This document shows, in pieces, positions 18,869 to 25,207 of a stretch of 64,000 nt of DNA. Source of the DNA: Candidatus Colwellbacteria bacterium CG10_big_fil_rev_8_21_14_0_10_42_22 (lineage in GTDB: Bacteria > Patescibacteriota > Minisyncoccia > UBA6257 > Colwellbacteraceae); NCBI GenBank assembly GCA_002773725.1, contig PFAH01000002.1:59590-123589 (forward strand). Reading direction: 5' to 3'. How positions within the stretch are numbered: position 1 is the stretch's first letter; each line of letters begins with the position of its first letter. Below the pieces are notes generated by a model that was given only the letters and a program-made list of their open reading frames with translations, was not told the origin of the DNA and made no database searches. Position numbers and translations under genes: made by a program.

Positions 18869-19255
18869 TTAGTCGATGGAACGAAGTCCGTTGAGGCGAC
18901 GCATCACCTCTCGTGGAATTTGGTCGAATTCTTCGATCTGAAGAATCCTTGTTCCACCGGCACAGTTGCGCTTCGTGACTCCCTTCAGGCATTCACCCTC
19001 AAGGAGAACACGGCCTGTATGACAGGAGACATCCCTCCGCAGACGGACGTCATATGCCAAGGCCCTGCCTCCAAGAAAGTTGACGGGTGGATCAAATTCC
19101 CCCTGAACTCTGCGATGGTCAGGACCATCATCAGTCCACTCGTCGCCACGAAGGCGCTGGCGCAATGCATCCAAGATGTAGCGGAAGATCATCTCTTCCT
19201 CTCCTATCGAAGGCGCATCGCCCAATCTGTAGTAGTGGGTACGTTTACTTCCCAC
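18869..19255 (-). CDS. Hypothetical Cys/His-containing protein (GC-rich island B)
   Basis: 128 aa, ...SCHTGRVLLEGECLKGVTKRNCAGG... (possible small metal-binding fold). Coding-like on the minus strand. The overlapping ORFs 18920-19333+, 18985-19170-, 19087-19296+ are treated as GC artefacts. Confidence 0.4.
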   Translation of the reverse strand: MGSKRTHYYRLGDAPSIGEEEMIFRYILDALRQRLRGDEWTDDGPDHRRVQGEFDPPVNFLGGRALAYDVRLRRDVSCHTGRVLLEGECLKGVTKRNCAGGTRILQIEEFDQIPREVMRRLNGLRSID

Positions 19256-19358
19256 GGTTTTCTTCCTTTCTTCCCCGCCGTGGGCTCTCCTTCTAGCGAC
19301 AGCGCTAGATTGTTTTTATATCACATTCAATAGTTTTGTGTAAACCCCAAAAACAAAA

Positions 19359-19395
19359 AAAAGCCGTTCCATATGGATACGGCTCCTGGGAATTG
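19359..19395 (-). terminator. Intrinsic terminator (minus strand): AGCCGT-atccatatggaa-CGGCT then T8
   Basis: The plus strand shows aaaaaaaagccgttccatatggatacggct; on minus the hairpin is followed by TTTTTTTTGTTTTTGGGG. Confidence 0.6.
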
Positions 19396-19447
19396 ATTTA
19401 AAGACTCAATTCCTACAAATTCCGGCTTTCGGAATCTGCCCCATAGG

Positions 19448-19573
19448 TCTTTGGAAGCTATTGCCTCTCATTCAACTTCTCCTTCTCTTTCTCAGGATCT
19501 GACGCTCCCTGAAGAGCGCAGAACAGAAGGAGAAGCGCGATTCCGACAAGGAACGCGACCACTCCAAAGATGA
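19448..19573 (-). CDS. Putative 41-aa single-TM micro-protein (below the ORF-track length cutoff)
   Basis: Hand translation gives MGWVIFGVVAFLVGIALLLLFCALQGASDPEKEKEKLNERQ*. It sits between the 65-aa membrane ORF and the terminator at 19359-19395. Confidence 0.3.
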
Positions 19574-19653
19574 CCCATCCCATTTCCCCTCCTCCCAAGG
19601 GTTTTAAGGAGGGGCGACCAGCGCGGTCGCCCCTCCGGGATTATGCGAATTAC

Positions 19654-19851
19654 TTACTCGTCCGGACTTCCCAACACAAGGGTGATGTAGTAAATCCCTG
19701 CCCCCACAAGGGCAAAAATCAACGAATCGACCCAAACGTTGGCTGTCGGATTCAACTCCTGCCAACCATCCACGCTCTTAACGAGCCAAACGATGAACAG
19801 GTAGAAGGCCCCGAAGAAGAAGACCCGACGGATAAGAGAATACCGTTGCAC
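19654..19851 (-). CDS. Small two-TM membrane protein (GC-rich island B)
   Basis: 65 aa: ...VFFFGAFYLFIVWLV...LIFALVGAGIYYITLVL... A candidate TTGACA-N17-TAGTGT promoter on the minus strand lies at about 19955-19983, just downstream of tRNA-Ala. Confidence 0.4.
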   Translation of the reverse strand: MQRYSLIRRVFFFGAFYLFIVWLVKSVDGWQELNPTANVWVDSLIFALVGAGIYYITLVLGSPDE

Positions 19852-19996
19852 GATACATCCTCTCTGTAATCCGCCCGCTTTTTCACCCCGGTGGTAATGT
19901 GCGTATCATAAGAATTCCAGCGCGGAACCCTGTGCCTAGACCTTCTAGACACACGTTTACACTACCATATTTGATATCCTTTGTCAATTCACTATT

Positions 19997-20070
19997 CGGT
20001 GGACCTAGGCGGAATCGAACCGCCGTCTGCGCAATGCGAATGCGCTGTTCTACCACTGAACCATAGGCCC
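19997..20070 (-). tRNA. tRNA-Ala (anticodon CGC)
   Basis: Reverse complement GGGCCTATGGTTCAGTGGTAGAACAGCGCATTCGCATTGCGCAGACGGCGGTTCGATTCCGCCTAGGTCCA folds as a cloverleaf with G3:U70, anticodon loop TTCGCAT and T-loop TTCGATT. CCA is not fully encoded (CCG). The ORF 19981-20457+ is spurious. Confidence 0.8.
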
Positions 20071-20163
20071 AAACTCATCTTACTAACCAAAGAAGTCGGA
20101 CCGCCGGCCTGCCTGCCGGTAGGCAGGGATTCGTTTATCACCAAGACTAGGAAAACCCGATTG

Positions 20164-20234
20164 TCGGGCCGGGGAGAATCGAACTCCCACTACAGGCACC
20201 CGAAGCCCGCGTACTACCACTATACTACGGCCCG
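20164..20234 (-). tRNA. tRNA-Pro (anticodon CGG)
   Basis: Reverse complement CGGGCCGTAGTATAGTGGTAGTACGCGGGCTTCGGGTGCCTGTAGTGGGAGTTCGATTCTCCCCGGCCCGA has the C1:G72 typical of bacterial tRNA-Pro, anticodon loop TTCGGGT and no encoded CCA. Confidence 0.75.
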
Positions 20235-20364
20235 AAGTGAGGAGATATATAAAAAGATCCTCTTTCTATATATTCCGAACAATCGGGACGAAAAGCAAAT
20301 TATTGGAAGACAATTTGCGACGGTCCGAACAGTAAACCATACAAACAACAAGACGTTTATTCCG

Positions 20365-21900
20365 CTATTTCACAAAGTATTTCTCTTTGATAGCGTCGTC
20401 AAGGCGGTCTTGTGCTTCTCTTGCCATCTCTTTTGCTTTGTCGGCCATCTTCTTTAACTTATTTTCGTCCATTTCCATAAGCTCTCGCGCTCTTTTAAGA
20501 AGCGCCTCTTCCGTATTAAGCTCCGGGCTATCCAAAACCTCTTCTAATAAAATCGCTAAAACATACCCCATTTGAGGACCGGGCTTCATACCCACTTCGT
20601 TCATAAGAACTTTCCCATCTATTTTTAATTGCTTCACGCCAACCGGCTCTTTCTTAGCCATCTCTATTTTGGCTTGTAAATCACGGAGGCGATATGGTTG
20701 AGCTTTAGGGACTCCTGAACCTATACGATCTGCTTCACGCAGTTTAACAAGATCATCTATATTCTCTACGCCCACTCTTCTTAAAAGACGTCTCACGCCC
20801 TTCTCCGTCACCACTTCGGGATCATAAACAAACATATGCTCACGCACTAAAAGAGCTACTTTTTTAATCATCTCTTTCGGGAACTTCAGGCGATTCATAA
20901 CTTCCTTAACTATCTTTTCTCCCAAGTATTGATGCTGATAAAAAGTCCAATCACCCTTTTTACCTTTCTTCGTTCTATCGCCTCTGGGGTCATCTTTCCA
21001 TTCACGTGTTCCAACCTTTCCAATGTCATGAAGAAGTGAGGATATGCGTAAATGAAGAGGAAATCCTTTTTCTACTGCGTATTCCAAAGCCCTCACGTTG
21101 TGTTCAAATACCGTATATATATGATGTTTGTTTTGCTCCATCCCCACCCCCTCTTGAAGCTCAGGTATCACTTGTTCTAAAAGCCCGACTTCCGACATCA
21201 ATCGAATCCCACCTCCCGCCCCATCTGTCATTAAAAGTTTTATTAATTCATCCCGTATTCTTTCGGGCGCTATTTCCGCCAAAGTTTCTGCCTGTTTTTG
21301 AATGGCCTTTTTTGTTTTTGCTTCAATATCAAACCCAAAACGAGCAGCAAACCTAACCGCCCTCATCATTCTCAAAGAATCCTCACCGAACCTATCCTCA
21401 GGACTACCCACCGCTTTAATGATGCCGGCCCTAATATCAGCTTGTCCACCATACGGGTCTATGATGATTTGCTCGTCCGACACGATGTCCAGGGCGATAG
21501 CGTTCATCGTAAAATCTCTACGCGAAAGATCTTCTTCAATCGTGTCTGTGAACTCCACCGCATCGGGATGTCTATGGTCTGAATAACTATTTTCTTTCCT
21601 AAAGGTGGTTACTTCGACTATGTCTAGTCCTTCTTCTTCGGAACCCGTCTTCACTAACACGGTTCCAAACTCATTTTCATAAACGCTCTCGGGGAAAATT
21701 TCTTGAATATCTTTCGGTTTAGCGCTCGTCGCGATATCCCAATCCTTAGGATTTTCTCCCATCAAAAAATCCCTCACGCATCCACCAACTAAATATGCTG
21801 AAAAACCAGCCTCTTTAAGAGCTTTTGCAAGTTCTTTAACTTCTTGAGGTAGTTCCATAGAAGTTTCTGATTCCCACAATTTACGTTCTCCTTTCATTAT
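20365..21900 (-). CDS. cca: CCA-adding enzyme (tRNA nucleotidyltransferase with HD domain). The start is probably at the internal Met (21900 or 21858), not 21990.
   Basis: ...GFSAYLVGGCVRDFLMGENPKDWDIATSA... (Pol-beta NT head), ...RDFTMNA..., an HD motif (...LLHDIGK...) and a C-terminal tRNA-binding region. The annotated N-terminus at 21990 would overlap the tRNA-like fragment. Confidence 0.8.
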   Translation of the reverse strand: MMKGERKLWESETSMELPQEVKELAKALKEAGFSAYLVGGCVRDFLMGENPKDWDIATSAKPKDIQEIFPESVYENEFGTVLVKTGSEEEGLDIVEVTTFRKENSYSDHRHPDAVEFTDTIEEDLSRRDFTMNAIALDIVSDEQIIIDPYGGQADIRAGIIKAVGSPEDRFGEDSLRMMRAVRFAARFGFDIEAKTKKAIQKQAETLAEIAPERIRDELIKLLMTDGAGGGIRLMSEVGLLEQVIPELQEGVGMEQNKHHIYTVFEHNVRALEYAVEKGFPLHLRISSLLHDIGKVGTREWKDDPRGDRTKKGKKGDWTFYQHQYLGEKIVKEVMNRLKFPKEMIKKVALLVREHMFVYDPEVVTEKGVRRLLRRVGVENIDDLVKLREADRIGSGVPKAQPYRLRDLQAKIEMAKKEPVGVKQLKIDGKVLMNEVGMKPGPQMGYVLAILLEEVLDSPELNTEEALLKRARELMEMDENKLKKMADKAKEMAREAQDRLDDAIKEKYFVK

Positions 21901-21921
21901 ATATGAGATTAATTTATACGG

Positions 21922-21982
21922 TCCGCGCGGGAGGAATCGAACCTCCAACCTTCTCCTTAAGAGGGAGCTGCTCTGCCGATTG
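21922..21982 (-). pseudogene. tRNA-Lys(CTT)-like 3' two-thirds (anticodon arm, T-arm, acceptor 3' strand) lacking a matching 5' acceptor and D-stem
   Basis: Reverse complement ...CAATCGGCAGAGCAGCTCCCTCTTAAGGAGAAGGTTGGAGGTTCGATTCCTCCCGCGCGGA parallels the neighbouring intact tRNA-Lys from the D-loop onward. No CCGCGCG / GCTC partner was found upstream; the 5' side is occupied by a 28-bp palindrome. Confidence 0.4.
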
Positions 21983-21983
21983 T

Positions 21984-22011
21984 CCGCCAAAGGCGGATCC
22001 GCCTTTGGCGG
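21984..22011. repeat. Perfect 28-bp palindrome CCGCCAAAGGCGGA|TCCGCCTTTGGCGG centred on GGATCC
   Basis: Read directly. Each half is itself a hairpin (CCGCC-AAA-GGCGG). Confidence 0.8.
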
Positions 22012-22031
22012 AAGCTATTCAACGCACGCTG

Positions 22032-22104
22032 TCCGTCTCCTGGGAATCGAACCCAGAACCTTCGGCTTAAGAGGCCGCTGCTCTGCCAGTTGAGCTAGAG
22101 ACGG
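22032..22104 (-). tRNA. tRNA-Lys (anticodon CTT)
   Basis: Reverse complement CCGTCTCTAGCTCAACTGGCAGAGCAGCGGCCTCTTAAGCCGAAGGTTCTGGGTTCGATTCCCAGGAGACGGA has a 7-bp acceptor, GCTC/GAGC D-stem, CTCTTAA anticodon loop and TTCGATT T-loop. Confidence 0.8.
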
Positions 22105-22105
22105 A

Positions 22106-22180
22106 TGGTGTCCCCGGAGGGATTCGAACCCCCAACGGCTGGTTCGAAGCCAGCAATGATATCCATTTCACCACGGGGAC
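22106..22180 (-). tRNA. tRNA-Arg (anticodon TCG), CCA encoded
   Basis: Reverse complement GTCCCCGTGGTGAAATGGATATCATTGCTGGCTTCGAACCAGCCGTTGGGGGTTCGAATCCCTCCGGGGACACCA. It lies 1 nt from tRNA-Lys. The ORF 22105-22491+ is spurious. Confidence 0.8.
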
Positions 22181-22264
22181 AAACGATGTTCCCGCAAGCA
22201 ATCGCGCCACGGGGACTTTGGCTTCGCGCATTCACGATAGCAAAATCCCATACTACTAATCAAT

Positions 22265-22621
22265 ACAAAACACCCCGACTTGGGTCGGGGCGTTTTGGTT
22301 TCCACTCGGTGCCTTCTCTCATGAGTCTGCGAAGGGGGGTTCGCGGACTCATGAGAGAAGCGGAGAGAGGACGAACGAGATTATCATTCGTTCCCTCTCC
22401 GTTGAAGTTTGTGGGGTGGTGGATGGACGTTAATCCACTGCGCTTTGACGCCAAGCAGGCGTGGGAGAACTTGTTCCCACAGGGACCATAACTAGCGTGT
22501 GGTCGTAACCACACGGCGCTCTAGCCGTCCTCTATCCACCACCCCGGCTAATTAATCCGAATATTCAGATGAATTAGTCGAAGTAGTGGAGCCACTCCAT
22601 CGTTTCAAATTTTCAGGGTAC
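22265..22621 (-). ncRNA. Candidate structured RNA of about 350 nt and unknown class, running from a consensus promoter to an intrinsic terminator (hairpin 22274-22290 plus U-tract)
   Basis: Contains a 12+5-bp closing helix (GGGGUGGUGGAU...GGACG / CGUCC...AUCCACCACCCC, 22413-22547) enclosing a multi-branch junction with two internal hairpins. Two further long hairpins follow (22318-22366 and about 22370-22410), then CCCCGAC-ccaa-GUCGGGG-UGUUUUG. The only long ORF (22260-22514, GTG start, 84 aa) runs through the hairpins into the terminator and is not protein-like. Confidence 0.45.
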
Positions 22622-22627
22622 ACGTGC

Positions 22628-22656
22628 ATTATAACACAAGATATCCATTTTGTCAA
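22628..22656 (-). promoter_or_regulatory. Perfect consensus promoter: TTGACA - 17 nt - (TGT)TATAAT on the minus strand
   Basis: Reverse complement of 22626-22660 is GGTGTTGACAAAATGGATATCTTGTGTTATAATGC: -35 and -10 hexamers both match consensus, the spacer is 17 nt, and TGn (extended -10) is present. Confidence 0.6.
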
Positions 22657-22692
22657 CACCTCTACTCTTTGCTCTCTATTCTCCAACAAAAA

Positions 22693-22712
22693 CCGCCCCA
22701 CATGGGGCGGAT
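22693..22712 (-). terminator. Intrinsic terminator of the 22735-23067 gene (CCGCCCCA-catg-TGGGGCGG then TTTTTGTTGG on minus)
   Basis: Read directly. Confidence 0.6.
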
Positions 22713-22734
22713 GTCTTTCTATATTAAGAGTTTC

Positions 22735-23067
22735 TTAAGAAAGAATATCTCTCATCGCCAACATCTCGTTTCTCAACCTGTCATTTAGGTCATCGTAAAA
22801 AGTCGGCATAGCAGAAGCATAAAGCTCTATTTTTTCTTCCATCTCCTCCGGCCTAGCCATTGATTCTTTTAAGTCCTTAAGTTGTTCGGTGGTTAACCTA
22901 TTAAGAAGCGTGTCTAGCACAATATCGTCAAAGTGGTCCCTGATTTTTTCTGCTAACACTTTTTTCTTTTTTTCATCAAGGCCCCGTAATTCAGAACTAT
23001 CAAGCACAACTGCTATCATGCTATCAAAGTATCTTTGTACATTTTTTTCTGTTAAATCTTCTGTCAT
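22735..23067 (-). CDS. Hypothetical small alpha-helical acidic protein
   Basis: 110 aa with no recognisable motif. It is adjacent (2-nt gap) to the upstream 688-aa gene and followed by a terminator. Confidence 0.5.
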   Translation of the reverse strand: MTEDLTEKNVQRYFDSMIAVVLDSSELRGLDEKKKKVLAEKIRDHFDDIVLDTLLNRLTTEQLKDLKESMARPEEMEEKIELYASAMPTFYDDLNDRLRNEMLAMRDILS

Positions 23068-23068
23068 A

Positions 23069-25135
23069 TTAAGATGATTTTTCCGTTAATATTTCTAATA
23101 AGGTCGCCCTTGTTCTAGCTCCAAAATTCATTTCATAACCAACAGGTATCGCTCTGTGGTCAACCCAATTTTCTCCCGTTACACCCGCTTCTGGCCAAGC
23201 AATCTTAGAATCCATACAAAGCGCCCTATCTATCCTTGCAATATCTGCATTCGTAAAATTACCTTCTCCGAAGAATTGGTCTAACCATTTGTGGCTCTCA
23301 TTCCATGGGTTAGACCCCTCCATCAAAGAAAAGTTTCTTGGCAACATGCCGATGGTCTCCGGGATACCATCCATGGCGCTAAGAGCATCTTCTCCCGAAG
23401 CTAATTCGTGCATAAACCCGTTCATACCCGACATATCTAGGGCCCTACTACCAGTGAATATCTCATCTGCACCAGCCGGACCGTATATCTGATCAAGTCC
23501 CAAACCATTGCCTTCCATCACTTCAGATAAAGCGCCTTGAAACTCTAATGGTGTCGGTTCTACGCCATTAACGTCTACAAAGTATTCTCTGACGGCATCT
23601 GCTATCGAGCTACCCTCGGGAACGTCAACGCTAGCAAGCTCTCCTTGAAGAGGAATATATTCCGGAACACCAGCAAGCCCACCATCGGCACCAATATCAA
23701 TTATCGATTCTCCGGTTCCTGGAACACCAGCAATCTCCCCAGGATCAATACCACTCCCATCAGGCACACCAGCATCTCCAACCTCAATTACAATTGGGTT
23801 AGGACTACTGGTAGCTTCGGCCTCGCCTAAAAGGCCCAACTTCTTACCCAAAGCTTCCGTTCCTTCATCAACCGCCGCTCCGCCAGCCCCCCTAATCGCC
23901 TCTATTACTTCTAATGCGGCTGCCGCTAAACCACCACCAACTGCTCCCCAAATAGCACCTCTTTTGGCTGCCTTTAATATCCTGGCTCTTGTTTCACCTT
24001 TAGCAGCTCGAATTTCTGCAATCAAAGCCATCCTTTCGGCGGTCTCTGGATCAATTTCAGGCGTGCTCTCTTCACCTCCTTCAATATCCATATCCCCCAT
24101 GGCATCAACCATGCTTTCGGGAGTTTCCAACTTACCCATCTTTTTACCCAAGGCCCAAAGGAGATGTCTACGCCTATCTCTAATATGTTCAACCGCCCTT
24201 ATTCTTTCCCGTGCCTCTGCTTCCTCAAGTTGTTTTTCTAAAAGCTTCAACTCATTTTTAATATCGACTTCTGATAATTCTCCTAAACCACCCTCACCTT
24301 CATTCAGTTCTTTAATAACTCTCCTACGAGCAAAAGTTTCTGAAACTCTTTCTCGAATTGCACCCGACGCATAGCCAGCTGCAGCACCACCACCAACTGC
24401 TCCAATAAAACCACCGAAGACAAAAAAGGCCGTTCTAGCTCCTCGACGAATAACCATTCTAGCGGCGCCACCGGCAACACCACCGGTCAAAAATTCCGTT
24501 ACGGGTTTACCAAAAATTTTAGTTTCTCCTAAACGAGCGCTTAGCTTGCCAAGAAAACCCTTTCCTTCTTTATCTGCCTCGGCTTCTTTTCTAAGGGCTT
24601 CTAATAAAAACTCTCTTAGCTCCTCCGGGTTTTCAGAACGAGAGCCCTTGCCACCCAAAAGTCGATATTGTGCTTTTAACAACTCCTCGTCTGTGGCTCT
24701 CTCTACCCACGCCTCCAGAACTTTGGCTCCTTTTTTATCAATTTGCTCCCGAAGCCTAGTGGTGCCTTTAATTCCTTCTAATAGTTCTCCGCGAACGGCT
24801 TCTTGCGTAGCGATATAATCATCGAGTGATTCTAATAATCTAGCCCTAATTTCTTCTGGATCACCCGTTAGAGCACCTTTGCCCACTAATCTACCTTTAG
24901 CAAAACGAGCTACATCTTCCGGGTTCAGCATGGCCAGGGTTTCTCGCCAACCCTTCAACGATTCTAAATCAGAATATTCCCTAGCTAGTCGTTTTTGATA
25001 TCCTGAACCTATCCTAAAAGCTGGACCCTCTGGTTCTTTCTCAACTTTCGGCTCTTCAGCCGGCTCTTCCAGGTCTAAACCTTCTTCTGTATCAGAATCC
25101 TCGCTCCTTCCTCTGAATTTATCGAAAAATCCCAT
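23069..25135 (-). CDS. Hypothetical large protein: acidic N-terminus, coiled-coil segments, two glycine-zipper-like hydrophobic segments, Gly/Asp-rich linker and a C-terminal globular domain
   Basis: 688 aa. AFFVFGGFIGAVGGGAAAGYASGAI and AIWGAVGGGLAAAALEVI are GxxxG-rich. Linker GVPDGSGIDPGEIAGVPGTGESIIDIGADGGLAGVPEYIP. C-terminus ...NPWNESHKWLDQFFGEGNF...WPEAGVTGENWVDHRAIPVGYEMNFGARTRA. Divergent from recG. Confidence 0.5.
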   Translation of the reverse strand: MGFFDKFRGRSEDSDTEEGLDLEEPAEEPKVEKEPEGPAFRIGSGYQKRLAREYSDLESLKGWRETLAMLNPEDVARFAKGRLVGKGALTGDPEEIRARLLESLDDYIATQEAVRGELLEGIKGTTRLREQIDKKGAKVLEAWVERATDEELLKAQYRLLGGKGSRSENPEELREFLLEALRKEAEADKEGKGFLGKLSARLGETKIFGKPVTEFLTGGVAGGAARMVIRRGARTAFFVFGGFIGAVGGGAAAGYASGAIRERVSETFARRRVIKELNEGEGGLGELSEVDIKNELKLLEKQLEEAEARERIRAVEHIRDRRRHLLWALGKKMGKLETPESMVDAMGDMDIEGGEESTPEIDPETAERMALIAEIRAAKGETRARILKAAKRGAIWGAVGGGLAAAALEVIEAIRGAGGAAVDEGTEALGKKLGLLGEAEATSSPNPIVIEVGDAGVPDGSGIDPGEIAGVPGTGESIIDIGADGGLAGVPEYIPLQGELASVDVPEGSSIADAVREYFVDVNGVEPTPLEFQGALSEVMEGNGLGLDQIYGPAGADEIFTGSRALDMSGMNGFMHELASGEDALSAMDGIPETIGMLPRNFSLMEGSNPWNESHKWLDQFFGEGNFTNADIARIDRALCMDSKIAWPEAGVTGENWVDHRAIPVGYEMNFGARTRATLLEILTEKSS

Positions 25136-25207
25136 TTGCTTTAAATATCATATATATAGGACTATAAATCAATTCTGTTGTCCACAATAACTGTTAAAAT
25201 AAGATAG

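Noticed and set aside
18800-18870. Direct repeat of the tRNA-Ala 3' end at the far boundary of island B (att-site duplication)
   Set aside because: Only a weak partial resemblance (tagg...gaaacc) was seen, which is not convincing by eye. It is left as a check rather than a call.
19981-20457. 158-aa plus-strand ORF
   Set aside because: It spans tRNA-Ala and tRNA-Pro on the opposite strand and is spurious.
22260-22514. 84-aa minus-strand ORF (GTG start) inside the candidate ncRNA, and the 22105-22491 plus-strand ORF
   Set aside because: The minus ORF threads through long hairpins and the terminator stem, and its composition is not protein-like. The plus ORF starts inside tRNA-Arg.
22265-22621. 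Identification of the structured RNA as RNase P RNA, tmRNA, SRP RNA or 5S rRNA
   Set aside because: The hallmark motifs were not found by eye: P4 GGAAAGUCCGG and ACAGAA (RNase P); 5' GGGG...UUCGAC with 3' T-arm/CCA and a tag ORF (tmRNA); GGAAGCAGCC (SRP); loop C/E words (5S). A 5S-like three-way-junction reading only works on the strand lacking a promoter. The class is left unknown.
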